NCBI GenBank assembly: GCA_944363525.1
Contig: CALVUF010000001.1
Location: forward strand, 116,497 to 180,496
Source: an uncultured Bacilli bacterium
Lineage (GTDB): Bacteria; Bacillota_I; Bacilli_A; RFN20; CAG-826
Length of the DNA: 64,000 nucleotides
Direction: 5' to 3'
The position numbers were made by a program, and so were the translations under genes. This document shows positions 43,186 to 52,447 of this stretch, one piece after another. Every line of letters starts with the position of its first letter. Within the stretch, counting starts at the first letter, position 1. The notes under the pieces are model-generated. The model saw nothing but the letters and a program-made list of their open reading frames with translations, was not told the origin of the DNA and did not search any database.

Positions 43186-44306
43186 AGGTATTGTTAGGCT
43201 TAAGCGGCGGGGTCGATTCCTCGGTCGCCGCCTATTTGCTCAAGAAAGAAGGGTATGAGGTCGCCGGGGCTTTCATGCGGAATTGGGATGCTTTGGCCAA
43301 TTCCGATTATTTAGGCAACCCGACGATTAACGACACCCAATGCCCGCAGGAGAAGGATTACCAAGACGCGGTCAAGGTGGCCGAGAAACTTGGCATCCCT
43401 TGCCTTCGGGTCGATTTCGTCAAGGAATATTGGGATTCGGTCTTTTCCTATTTCCTATCCGAGTATAAGAAAGGTAGGACCCCCAATCCCGACGTTTTCT
43501 GCAATAAGTACATCAAGTTCAATTCCTTCCTTAAATACGCCAAAGCCCAAGGATTCGAGAAGATCGCCATGGGCCATTACGCCGGATCCGGCGAATTTCG
43601 GGGGCATATCCATATCAAGAAGGCGGCTGACCTCAATAAAGATCAGTCGTATTTCCTTAGCCAGCTTAATGAAGAGCAGGTCGCGTCCTGCCTCTTCCCG
43701 CTAGCCAACATAACTAAGCCCGAAGTCAGGGATTTAGCCCATCAGCTCGGCCTTTCCTCAGTCATGGACAAGAAGGATTCGACCGGGGTCTGCTTTATCG
43801 GCGAACGGAACTTCAAGCAGTTCCTCCGGAATTACTTCCCCGCCACCCCGGGGAAGATAATCGAGGGGAAAACCGGGAAAGTGGTCGGGGAGCATATGGG
43901 GGTCCTCTATTACACCATCGGCCAGCATAAAGGGCTTGGCGTCGGCGGGATCAAAGGCGAGGAGGAAGGGGCCTTCTTCATCTATAAGAAAGACGTGGCC
44001 AACAATATCCTCTACGTCGCCCACCCGAATGAAAGATACCTACTTAAAAGCACCCGTTGCGTCCTCACCGACCTCAATTACATCGGCGAGAGGAAAGAAG
44101 AGCCGGTCGGGGTCAAGTTCCGTTATCGCCAGCCCGATCAAGCGGCCGTCATCTCCTTTACGGGCGAGAAGGCGATCTTGGCTTATCAGCAAGGGGTCGA
44201 CTCGGTGACCCCGGGCCAGATCGCGGCGATTTATAAAGACGGCTACTGCCTTGGGTCCGGGATAATAAGCGAAGTATACCGGGACGAGGAAAGAATCGAT
44301 ATTTAG
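43182..44306 (+). CDS. mnmA: tRNA 2-thiouridine(34) synthase MnmA
   Basis: GLSGGVDSSVAA PP-loop and the conserved Cys in VFCNKYIKF. Confidence 0.95.
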   Translation: MKVLLGLSGGVDSSVAAYLLKKEGYEVAGAFMRNWDALANSDYLGNPTINDTQCPQEKDYQDAVKVAEKLGIPCLRVDFVKEYWDSVFSYFLSEYKKGRTPNPDVFCNKYIKFNSFLKYAKAQGFEKIAMGHYAGSGEFRGHIHIKKAADLNKDQSYFLSQLNEEQVASCLFPLANITKPEVRDLAHQLGLSSVMDKKDSTGVCFIGERNFKQFLRNYFPATPGKIIEGKTGKVVGEHMGVLYYTIGQHKGLGVGGIKGEEEGAFFIYKKDVANNILYVAHPNERYLLKSTRCVLTDLNYIGERKEEPVGVKFRYRQPDQAAVISFTGEKAILAYQQGVDSVTPGQIAAIYKDGYCLGSGIISEVYRDEERIDI

Positions 44307-44315
44307 GAGACTATC

Positions 44316-45626
44316 ATGAAGCATCGTTTATTAGGATTGTTATTGCTTATCCCGTTGGGCTTGGGACTATCCAGCTGCGACCAGATCCAAGGTTTCTTCG
44401 ATGATTTATTCCATCGCGGCGATGAATCCTCGTCCTCCTCGTCTTCAAAGGAGGAGCCGCCGGTTTCTTCGAGTTCCGACTCTTTATCTTCCTCCAGCAG
44501 CTCGGAGTCTAGCGAATCGGAATCCGGCTCGGGCGAGGTCATCGCCAATGGAGCCCTCGAGTTCCATTTCCTTGAACTGGGCAACGCCTATACCGGCGAC
44601 TCGATCTACGTCAAAGCCAACGATAAGGACATTTTGATCGACGCCGGCAGTCGGAAGAACTCGGCCGCGGCCATCGCCGAATACCTCGATCCGATACTCG
44701 GCGACAACCACCTCGATTACGTCATCCCGACTCATGCCCACCAGGACCATATCGCCGGCTTCGTCGGCAACAGCGATAAATCGGCCCCTGGGGGACGGGA
44801 TGGGATCTTCTACCATTACGACATTGACCATATCTACGATTTCGCCTATTACGACGATGGGGGATCGAAGGTCTATTCCAACGCCGAGCCATTGCCAAGC
44901 GAGGCCAAGACGACCGCCATCTATAAGGATTATCGGACGGCGCGGGACTATGCCGTCGGCCAAGGGGCCGAATGGCGGACGGTCGAAGAACTATTCAAAG
45001 AAGGGCAGAAGGTTTATACCGTCGACCTCGGGGATGGAGTATATATGGATATCCTCTACACCTTCTTCTATGACCATACCTCGGCCGATATCAAGGAACT
45101 GAACCCCGAATTCTCCAAATCCTCCTTCTCCAACCAAAACGACTGCTCGGTCTGCGTCTTATTCCGGCAGGGCGAGAAGGCCTATCTATTCACCGGGGAC
45201 GCCGAGGAAGCGACCGAGTATAGCTTAGTAACCGAGCATGATCTTCCGACGGTCGAGCTATTCAAAGCCGGCCACCACGGGAGCTATACCGCCTCCGGCG
45301 ACTTGCTTTTGTCGGAGATCCAGCCTAAGCGGGTCTGCGTCTGCTGCTGCGCCGGCAACACCGAATACACCGATAACCCGGAGAACACCTTCCCGGCCCA
45401 GGCGGCGATCGACCGAATCGCGAAATATACGAGCGAGGTCTATGTGACCACCGTCGGCAGCATGACCGATTCTTCCTTTTTCGCCCCCTTGAATGGGACC
45501 ATCGTCGTCTCCTCCCCTTCATCTGAGGATCCAATCACCGTTAACTGCTCACATTCGAATATCCCATTGAAAGACCAGGAATGGTTCAAGGTCAATCGAA
45601 CTTGTCCCGAAAGCTGGGCTAGTTAG
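44316..45626 (+). CDS. surface lipoprotein with a ComEC-type metallo-beta-lactamase domain (candidate extracellular nuclease)
   Basis: Lipobox LGLSSC and a Ser-rich linker. THAHQDHIAGF and FKAGHHGSYTAS parallel THADFDHSGA and LKVGHHGSDTSS in ComEC (52447-54453). Confidence 0.75.
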   Translation: MKHRLLGLLLLIPLGLGLSSCDQIQGFFDDLFHRGDESSSSSSSKEEPPVSSSSDSLSSSSSSESSESESGSGEVIANGALEFHFLELGNAYTGDSIYVKANDKDILIDAGSRKNSAAAIAEYLDPILGDNHLDYVIPTHAHQDHIAGFVGNSDKSAPGGRDGIFYHYDIDHIYDFAYYDDGGSKVYSNAEPLPSEAKTTAIYKDYRTARDYAVGQGAEWRTVEELFKEGQKVYTVDLGDGVYMDILYTFFYDHTSADIKELNPEFSKSSFSNQNDCSVCVLFRQGEKAYLFTGDAEEATEYSLVTEHDLPTVELFKAGHHGSYTASGDLLLSEIQPKRVCVCCCAGNTEYTDNPENTFPAQAAIDRIAKYTSEVYVTTVGSMTDSSFFAPLNGTIVVSSPSSEDPITVNCSHSNIPLKDQEWFKVNRTCPESWAS

Positions 45627-45659
45627 GAAAAACCTAGATTTAACTCCATATTTTGCTAT

Positions 45660-45688
45660 TTGACAGAGGGAAAATCTCCTTGATAATT
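45660..45688 (+). promoter_or_regulatory. sigma-A promoter of the two secreted-protein genes
   Basis: TTGACA (45660-45665), 17-nt spacer, ATAATT (45683-45688). Confidence 0.55.
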
Positions 45689-45713
45689 AATGTACATATT
45701 AAGGAGAAAAACA

Positions 45714-46340
45714 ATGAGACTGAGAAATCTCTCCCTCCTCATCCTTGCTTCCCCCTCCTTAGCCGTCGCCAGCCCTTCGCTAAAAGCGGCGGACCCGGAA
45801 GGCGTCTCCGCCTCCAAGCCCGTCATCGCCCGTTCGCCGGGAATCAATTTGGGCCTCGAGATCCAAGGCCTTGAGCCGGTTTATGCCCATCGGGATGTGG
45901 TTTTGTGCGTAGAGGCTAAGAATGCCGTTTTGTCGATTTCGGATATCTCGGCTTCCGGGTGCCAAGTGAAGCATATCTATAATCTCACGCTTTTGCTTGA
46001 TAAGCTTCAATTCTTGCCGGAAATGACCGTGACTTGGGATATGGGCGATAATGTCACCATAGCTTATGGAGACAACGGATCATGCATCGCGGCCCCGTTT
46101 ACCAATTTCCGATTGGAATGGGCCGATTCCGAATGGAATTACGTTGACGACATTACCCTTCCAGCAAGTGGTTTGGGCTATATTTCGGCATCTGAATTGC
46201 AGGGTATGTTCGGTGAATATGGCAGTGTCCTTCGGGCGATTATCGGTGCCCAACGTACTTACCGAATAGACCCTATGCACCTTTGGACTAGCCAATACTA
46301 CTATTCTGTCCCGGTTACGTTTTATGAATATGAGGCTTGA
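45714..46340 (+). CDS. secreted protein, unknown function
   Basis: ATG 45714 with SD AAGGAG. Signal-like N-terminus MRLRNLSLLILASPSLAVASPSLKA. Confidence 0.65.
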   Translation: MRLRNLSLLILASPSLAVASPSLKAADPEGVSASKPVIARSPGINLGLEIQGLEPVYAHRDVVLCVEAKNAVLSISDISASGCQVKHIYNLTLLLDKLQFLPEMTVTWDMGDNVTIAYGDNGSCIAAPFTNFRLEWADSEWNYVDDITLPASGLGYISASELQGMFGEYGSVLRAIIGAQRTYRIDPMHLWTSQYYYSVPVTFYEYEA

Positions 46341-46343
46341 GAT

Positions 46344-47756
46344 ATGAAGCGGTTCGTTGCCTTGGCGTTATTGGTGGTCTCGATGATGGGTTTGGGATCG
46401 TGCTCTGAAGACAATAATGAATTGCCCTCGGTTATCTATTCCGATCCTTTTGATATCGGGGGAATTTATAACGGGGACGGTCTTTATCGTTCGCTTAGAG
46501 AAGACTCTTTCCCTTCATCGGTCAATTCAAAGCCGGACAACCCGATGAGGGATGAGTTTAGAATGTTAGGGGTTGGATTGCCGACCATTGAATTGACGTC
46601 GAATTTCAACGTGGAAATAACTTTAAGAATGGAAACTGGCGAAATCGCAGTTCGAGATTTAGGGGATATCGGAATCGACAATTGCCGCGACTTCCTTTTT
46701 ACGGTTGAAGCGGAGATAAGCAATGGCGAGGAAAAAGTGACCGTCGGGCAAGCTAATATCGACATTTTGCCGTTTTTTGAAGGAACTGGGTATCGATGGG
46801 ATTTGCTCACTATGGTCGACGGGCGTAATTGGAGGGCGTTGGAAACGAGTTTTCCTTTGGCTATCGATTTTGCAAAAATGTCGCAAAACCCCGGGTTTAT
46901 GAATTTTGGCATCGGCTTTTATTGCTATGATGCGCTCGGAGAGAGGCGATTCGTCTACTCTCTGCCGAGTAATTCTATCGATTTCGAAAATGTTAATGGC
47001 GCCATTCGGTTCATCGATTTCCACGGCAATCCGGTGACTCCAAACCCCTATGATTGCGGTTATATCGTTGTTCCCGAATTGATCAAGCGGATGGAATATG
47101 GCGCTAGTGATTTGCCGTTATTTTCTCTAAATGATGATAACCTTATCCGCAACCCTGGAGGGGGGCGAGTTGCCGTCGCTTTGCCGAAAAAGGTCCCAGA
47201 TGGTCAAGAAGCGGCCGCGATGGTTTCTTTGTCCGATCGCTTTGTTCGGGATCCAAAAAACGTGCCTAATGCCGACCGTTCTTATTGTGGCGAAGTTATC
47301 GATTTCCACTATACCGCCTCCGAAGGGGACGTGGTCTTATCCGATTCGGTTTTCGCCAATTACGAGAAATCGAGTTCGAGAGGCGGGCTTGTCGACGCCA
47401 ATTTTCAAACTCACCGGGCTTACGCTCAAGCGGACCCGGTCGTCATTCCGACCGATAAAATGGAGGAATCGGGCGAATTCACCATCGCCTTGACTTATGA
47501 CGCTCATTACGACAAGCGTTTTAAGCTAACCTATAAAGATGGAATGGACATTAACGAGGTCGGGGAACATGGCGACTCACCATACGAACCGAATTGGACC
47601 GAGCCGGAAAGGGTCAAGGTTGAGGAGGCCGCGATCAAAGTTCATTACGAGAAGAAAGATGGCTATTGCTATTTCTCCTATTCCGGCGACTTCGATGAAG
47701 AGGAGGGCAATAACGCCCATTGGTTCGTCGACCCGGATTTATTTCTTAGTTATTAA
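46344..47756 (+). CDS. lipoprotein, unknown function
   Basis: MKRFVALALLVVSMMGLGSC lipobox; 470 aa; no recognisable catalytic motif. Confidence 0.7.
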   Translation: MKRFVALALLVVSMMGLGSCSEDNNELPSVIYSDPFDIGGIYNGDGLYRSLREDSFPSSVNSKPDNPMRDEFRMLGVGLPTIELTSNFNVEITLRMETGEIAVRDLGDIGIDNCRDFLFTVEAEISNGEEKVTVGQANIDILPFFEGTGYRWDLLTMVDGRNWRALETSFPLAIDFAKMSQNPGFMNFGIGFYCYDALGERRFVYSLPSNSIDFENVNGAIRFIDFHGNPVTPNPYDCGYIVVPELIKRMEYGASDLPLFSLNDDNLIRNPGGGRVAVALPKKVPDGQEAAAMVSLSDRFVRDPKNVPNADRSYCGEVIDFHYTASEGDVVLSDSVFANYEKSSSRGGLVDANFQTHRAYAQADPVVIPTDKMEESGEFTIALTYDAHYDKRFKLTYKDGMDINEVGEHGDSPYEPNWTEPERVKVEEAAIKVHYEKKDGYCYFSYSGDFDEEEGNNAHWFVDPDLFLSY

Positions 47757-47769
47757 TCATCGTCTTCTA

Positions 47770-47789
47770 GGGCCGGAAAGGCCCTTTTG
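47770..47789 (+). terminator. intrinsic terminator after the lipoprotein gene
   Basis: GGGCC-GGAAA-GGCCC followed by TTTT. Confidence 0.6.
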
Positions 47790-47991
47790 TCAATGAGAAG
47801 CAGGCTAATCTTGCAATCGCGCGTAAGCGCGCCTAATATACAGGCGCATCGGGAACTTGCCACTCCCCCTTATGCGGGTAATGCCGCCGAGCCCCTCGCG
47901 TCAAAAGGGTGAAACTAAGCGCGCGAAAGCGAAGAAGGATGGTACCGCGCCCCCTCGGGCGTTCCTTCGCAAGTGGAGGCATTTTGCACAT
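47790..47991 (+). promoter_or_regulatory. T-box riboswitch leader of alaS
   Basis: AUGAGAAG GA-motif-like element at 47793-47800. T-box GGAUGGUACCGCG. Antiterminator fold: GAAGGA (47934-39) / bulge UGGUACC (47940-46) / GCGCCC-CCUC-GGGCGU / UCCUUC (47963-68). SD GGAGG at 47975-79. Confidence 0.7.
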
Positions 47992-50592
47992 ATGAAAAGA
48001 CTAAGCGGAAAGCAGATCCGGCAGATGTGGATCGAATTCTTTGAATCGAAAGGCCACAAGTACATCCCGGGCGTTTCCTTGATCCCAGAAGGCGATAAGT
48101 CCTTGCTTTGGGTCAACGCCGGGGTGACGGGGCTAAAGAAATACTTCGACGGTTCCGAGATCCCGCCCTGCCGGCGGATCGTCAACGTCCAGAAATCGAT
48201 CCGGACCAACGACATCGAGAACGTCGGCCATACGGCTCGGCATCACACTTTCTTCGAGATGCTCGGCAATTTCTCCATCGGCGATTACTTCCGGAAGGAG
48301 GTCATCGAGTTCGCGATCGAGATCCTGACCTCGCCCAAATGGTTCGCCATGGACATTGATAAGCTCTACATCACCTATAACCCCGATGACCATGAGGCCT
48401 TTGAATTTTGGCAGCAGCAAGGCGTCAAAGCCGATCACCTCGTTCCCCTCGAATCCAATTACTGGCAGATCGGGGAAGGGCCCTGCGGCCCCAACACCGA
48501 GGTCTTCTATGACCGGGGCGAGAAATACGATCCCGACCATTTAGGCGTCAAATTGCTCCAAGACGACATGGAGAACGATCGTTACATCGAGATCTGGGGC
48601 ATCGTCTTCTCCCAGTTCAACGCCGTGAACGGGGTGGCCCGGAAAGACTATAAGGAACTCCCGAGCAAGAACATCGACACCGGCTCCGGCTTGGAACGGC
48701 TCGCTTGCATCTCCCAAGGGACCGAGACCAACTTCGAGACCGACCTCTTCATGCCGATCATCGAGAAAACCAAGCAATTATGCGGCAAGCCCTACGAAGG
48801 GGAATACCTCCTCCCGTATCGGGTCATCGCCGATCACGCCCGTTGCCTGACCTTCGCCTTAAGCGACGGGGCCCGCTTCTCCAACGAAGGGCGGGGCTAT
48901 GTCCTCCGCCGGATCATCCGCCGGGCCGCCCGTTATGCCCAGCGGCTCGACATCCACAAGCCCTTCATGGCCGAACTGGTCTCGACCGTGGTCGACGAAT
49001 ACTCCGATTTCTATCCCGAGCTCAAAGCCACCGAGAATACCGTCAAAGCCTTGGTGAGCGAGGAGGAGAAGAAGTTCTCCAAGACCTTGCTCGAAGGGGA
49101 GGCGATGCTCAAGAAGATGGTCGAAGGGAAGAAAGAACTAAGCGGGGCCGATGCCTTTAAGCTTTACGACACCTATGGCTTCCCGCTCGATTTGACCCTC
49201 GACATCACCGGCGAGCTCGGCATCAAAGTCGACGTCGATGGCTTCAATAAGCTGATGGATGAGCAGAAGGAAAGAGCGAGGTCGGCCCGGGGCGAGATCG
49301 AGTCCTTCCATAAGCAATCGAAGGATCTATTGGCCTTTGCCACCCCCTCGACCTTCGATTACGACGATGATGCGGCGGAAGCCACCGTCACCGGCCTCTT
49401 TGTCGATGGGGTCGCGGTTAACCAAATCGATAAGGAAGGCGAGGTCGCGACCGACCTTACCCCTTTCTATAGCGAAGCCGGCGGCCAGGTCGGGGATAAA
49501 GGGACGATCGATTCCGCCTCTTGCCATGGCGAAGTCCTCTCGATGGGCAAAGCCCCGCGGGGACAGCACCTCCATTTCGTGAAACTCGTTAACGGATCAT
49601 TGCGTATCGGCGATAAAGTAACCTTGGCCATCGACACTAAATCCCGCCGGCTCAGCGAGCGGAACCATTCGGCCACCCATTTGCTGCACGCCGCCATCTC
49701 CGAGGTCCTCAGTAGCCATGTCGACCAGAAAGGGTCCTATGTCTGCCCCGATTACCTCCGTTTCGACTTCACTTCCGATAAGAAGCTAAGCGAGGAACAG
49801 CTAAACGCCATCGAGCAAAAGGTCAACGATCTCATCGGCCAAGGCATTAAGGAAGAGACCAAAGTCCTCCCGATCGAAGAAGCCAAGAAGCTCGGGGCCG
49901 AGATGGAATTCTCCGAGAAATACGGCGATACCGTCCGGGTCGTCTGCTTCGGCGACTACTCGAAGGAATTCTGCGGCGGGACCCATGTCAAGAACTCCTC
50001 CGACATCGGCTTATTCGTCATCACCGGCGAATCCTCGATCGGCTCGGGCTTACGGCGGATCGAAGCCAAGACCAGCGAAGGGGCGTTGGCTTATCTTAAG
50101 CAGAAAGCCCAGCTTCTAGCCAAACTCTCCGCTTCCTTAGGCGGGAACGAGGAGGAGGCTTTGAATAAGCTGTCCTCCCTCCAAAACGATTTGACCCAAG
50201 CCAAGAAGGAAATCGCCGCCTTGCAGGGGAAACTGTCCGGCGAATCGGCTTCCTCCTTAGCCAACAAGTTCGAAGACATCGCCGGAGTTAAGTTCCTCGG
50301 GGCGACCCTCGAGGCCGACCGGAATGGCTTAATGAAAGTCGGCGACGCCTTGAAGAGCAACCAAAGCGATTACTTAATCGTCTTAGCCAGCTCCAAGACG
50401 CCGAAAGCCCCCTTGGTTTGCTTCGCCGCTGGAAAAGGCGAGAAGCTTGGGGCCGGGAACGCCATTAAGCTCATCGCCCCGTTATTGTCCGGCAACGGCG
50501 GCGGCTCGCCGAAGATGGCTTCCGGGTCGGTAAGCGACCTCCATAAGTTCGCCGAAGCCTTGAAACTATTAAAGGAGAAACTCGGTGAATAA
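47992..50592 (+). CDS. alaS: alanine--tRNA ligase
   Basis: MKRLSGKQIRQMWIEFFESKGH is the typical AlaRS start. Editing-domain HxxxH and CGGTH motifs. The ORF-track start 47857 runs through the T-box leader and was trimmed. Confidence 0.96.
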   Translation: MKRLSGKQIRQMWIEFFESKGHKYIPGVSLIPEGDKSLLWVNAGVTGLKKYFDGSEIPPCRRIVNVQKSIRTNDIENVGHTARHHTFFEMLGNFSIGDYFRKEVIEFAIEILTSPKWFAMDIDKLYITYNPDDHEAFEFWQQQGVKADHLVPLESNYWQIGEGPCGPNTEVFYDRGEKYDPDHLGVKLLQDDMENDRYIEIWGIVFSQFNAVNGVARKDYKELPSKNIDTGSGLERLACISQGTETNFETDLFMPIIEKTKQLCGKPYEGEYLLPYRVIADHARCLTFALSDGARFSNEGRGYVLRRIIRRAARYAQRLDIHKPFMAELVSTVVDEYSDFYPELKATENTVKALVSEEEKKFSKTLLEGEAMLKKMVEGKKELSGADAFKLYDTYGFPLDLTLDITGELGIKVDVDGFNKLMDEQKERARSARGEIESFHKQSKDLLAFATPSTFDYDDDAAEATVTGLFVDGVAVNQIDKEGEVATDLTPFYSEAGGQVGDKGTIDSASCHGEVLSMGKAPRGQHLHFVKLVNGSLRIGDKVTLAIDTKSRRLSERNHSATHLLHAAISEVLSSHVDQKGSYVCPDYLRFDFTSDKKLSEEQLNAIEQKVNDLIGQGIKEETKVLPIEEAKKLGAEMEFSEKYGDTVRVVCFGDYSKEFCGGTHVKNSSDIGLFVITGESSIGSGLRRIEAKTSEGALAYLKQKAQLLAKLSASLGGNEEEALNKLSSLQNDLTQAKKEIAALQGKLSGESASSLANKFEDIAGVKFLGATLEADRNGLMKVGDALKSNQSDYLIVLASSKTPKAPLVCFAAGKGEKLGAGNAIKLIAPLLSGNGGGSPKMASGSVSDLHKFAEALKLLKEKLGE

Positions 50593-51022
50593 GGTCTTGG
50601 GGTTCGACCTCGGGACTAAGACCCTCGGCATCGCCAAAAGCGACGTCATGGGCATCGCCCATGGTTATGAGGAGTTCCGCTTCCTCGAAGGGGCCTATAA
50701 GCAAGCCCTAAACCATGCCAAGGAAGTCATTGACAAAGAGGGGATCAAGGAGATCGCCTTAGGCTATCCTCTGAATATGGATGGCTCGGTGGGGGAAAGG
50801 GCCAGAAGCGCCGAGCGGTTCAAAGCTTCCTTGCTCGCGCTGGACCCTTCGCTTAAGATTACCCTCGTCGATGAGCGGCTCACCACCGTCATGGCCACCA
50901 GACGGCTCCTCGAAGCCGACTTAAGCCGGGCCAAACGGCATAAGGTCATCGACCAGGCGGCGGCCACCGTCATCCTCGAGACCTATTTATCCAGCAAGGA
51001 GAACCAAGATGGAGATCAGTGA
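50585..51022 (+). CDS. ruvX: Holliday junction resolvase-like pre-16S rRNA nuclease RuvX/YqgF
   Basis: VLGFDLGTKTLGIA N-terminus; GTG start overlapping the alaS stop. Confidence 0.9.
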   Translation: MNKVLGFDLGTKTLGIAKSDVMGIAHGYEEFRFLEGAYKQALNHAKEVIDKEGIKEIALGYPLNMDGSVGERARSAERFKASLLALDPSLKITLVDERLTTVMATRRLLEADLSRAKRHKVIDQAAATVILETYLSSKENQDGDQ

Positions 51023-51275
51023 AGAAAACGACATCATCCTAACCGATGACAAGGGGGTGGAATTCAAGGCCAAGATCCTCTTCTATTACCATAACGACGA
51101 ACGGAACGCCGACTACTACTTCCTCTATAAGCTCGAAAGCCCAGAGGAGATCGTGGTCATGGCGAGCGACGATGGGGAGTCGCTGCGGGAAGTCGACGAA
51201 GAGGAATTCGCTGAGGCCAACGAGGTGTTCGAGGCCTATGAGCACGACCCCCAGATCGAAGAGGCCCGGAAATAG
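51009..51275 (+). CDS. DUF1292 domain protein
   Basis: 88 aa and acidic; conserved position after ruvX in Bacillota. Confidence 0.75.
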   Translation: MEISEENDIILTDDKGVEFKAKILFYYHNDERNADYYFLYKLESPEEIVVMASDDGESLREVDEEEFAEANEVFEAYEHDPQIEEARK

Positions 51276-51328
51276 TTAAATAAACCAGGCTAACCCTGTA
51301 TAATCATTTATTGTGAAAAGAGGTACTT

Positions 51329-51808
51329 ATGGCAGAAAAGAAACCCGTCCTAACCCAGGAAATATTCGATGAGTTGAACCAACGGCTCCGTTACCTCCTC
51401 GACGTCGAGGATCCGGAGATCAAGGAAAAGCTCAATTTGGCTCGGAGCCAAGGCGACTTAAGCGAAAACGCCGACTACTCGGCCGCTAGAGACCGCCAAG
51501 CCCAGATCGATTCCGAGATCCGGATGCTCGAATCGGTCCTCCATTCGGCCGTCATCGTCAGCGAATCGGCCTCCAACGACCAAGTCTCGATCGGCCACAC
51601 CGTCACCTTCGTCAAGCTCCCGAGCAACGAAGTCAAGGTCGTCCGCCTCGTCGGCAACATCGGGGCTGACCCGACCAGCAACCCGCCGGCGGTCAGCAAC
51701 GAATCCCCGATCGGCAAAGCGCTGATCGATAAGAAAGTCGGGGAAGTCGCCACCGTCGAATCCCCGCGCGGCTCCTATTCGGTCAAGATCGTCTCGATCA
51801 ATATGTAA
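51329..51808 (+). CDS. greA: transcription elongation factor GreA
   Basis: GDLSENADYSAARD motif; -10 TATAAT and SD AAGAGG upstream. Confidence 0.93.
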   Translation: MAEKKPVLTQEIFDELNQRLRYLLDVEDPEIKEKLNLARSQGDLSENADYSAARDRQAQIDSEIRMLESVLHSAVIVSESASNDQVSIGHTVTFVKLPSNEVKVVRLVGNIGADPTSNPPAVSNESPIGKALIDKKVGEVATVESPRGSYSVKIVSINM

Positions 51809-51828
51809 TAAAGGGTTCGCCCCTTTGG

Positions 51829-51857
51829 CCTCAAGTTGAAAAAACTTGAGGTTTTTT
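51829..51857 (+). terminator. greA intrinsic terminator
   Basis: CCTCAAGTT-GAAAA-AACTTGAGG followed by TTTTTT. Confidence 0.9.
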
Positions 51858-51907
51858 AGTGATGAAGAAGGAATTCAAAGGTACATATTCCTTAAGGAGG
51901 TATCCGC

Positions 51908-52447
51908 ATGAAAACCATTCTCATCATCGTCGTCTTGACCTTAGTCGGGTTAACGGCCTTCGGCTTCGTCAATCAAGTCATCACCGCCCCGATGATCGAT
52001 GACGCATCGGGCTTAAGCGGGGGCAACGTCAGAAGCGTCACCATCAAAGGCGAGGTCATCACCCCGGGGACCTATGCCGTTGGGGAATACGCGACTCTCT
52101 CCGATCTCGTCGATGCCGCCAACGGATTGACCAGCAACGCCGACCATTTGGCCTTCAACCTCGATTACGTCCTCGACGACGAATTCGACACCTACTACAT
52201 CGCCCCGATGTACGACCATTCCGACGTCTGCTCGACCGAGCCGATCGTCAAGGTCAACCTCAACGCCGCCTCGGCTGAGGACTTAAAGGAAGTCGCGGGC
52301 TTCAACAAAACCGTCGCCGGGGCCATCGTCGAGTACCGGGCCGACCATCCCTTCCAGTCGATCGAGGAGATGATGGACGTCTCGGGGATCGGGGAGGCGA
52401 CCTACGAGTCGACCAAAAGCAAAGTCACCCTCAAAGCCACGGCTTGA
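51908..52447 (+). CDS. comEA: competence protein ComEA (helix-hairpin-helix DNA receptor)
   Basis: N-terminal TM anchor, a SLBB-like region, and C-terminal VNLNAASAEDLKEVAGFNKTVAGAIVEYR...SGIGEATY. Confidence 0.88.
   Translation: MKTILIIVVLTLVGLTAFGFVNQVITAPMIDDASGLSGGNVRSVTIKGEVITPGTYAVGEYATLSDLVDAANGLTSNADHLAFNLDYVLDDEFDTYYIAPMYDHSDVCSTEPIVKVNLNAASAEDLKEVAGFNKTVAGAIVEYRADHPFQSIEEMMDVSGIGEATYESTKSKVTLKATA

Noticed and set aside
47811-47839. Good-looking promoter TTGCAA-17-TAATAT inside the alaS leader.
   Set aside because: It would start transcription downstream of the AUGAGAAG GA-motif-like element (47793-47800) that normally forms the base of T-box stem I. It is kept as an open alternative, but it is not called as a feature because the two readings conflict.
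47857-47991. ORF-track start of alaS at 47857, and likewise lepA at 61493, rpsO at 14992, pnp at 23833, ribF at 9131 and rpsT at 55811.
   Set aside because: The extensions cross leader or terminator RNA structures or upstream genes and do not match the conserved N-termini. Internal ATGs with an SD or conserved starts were used instead.
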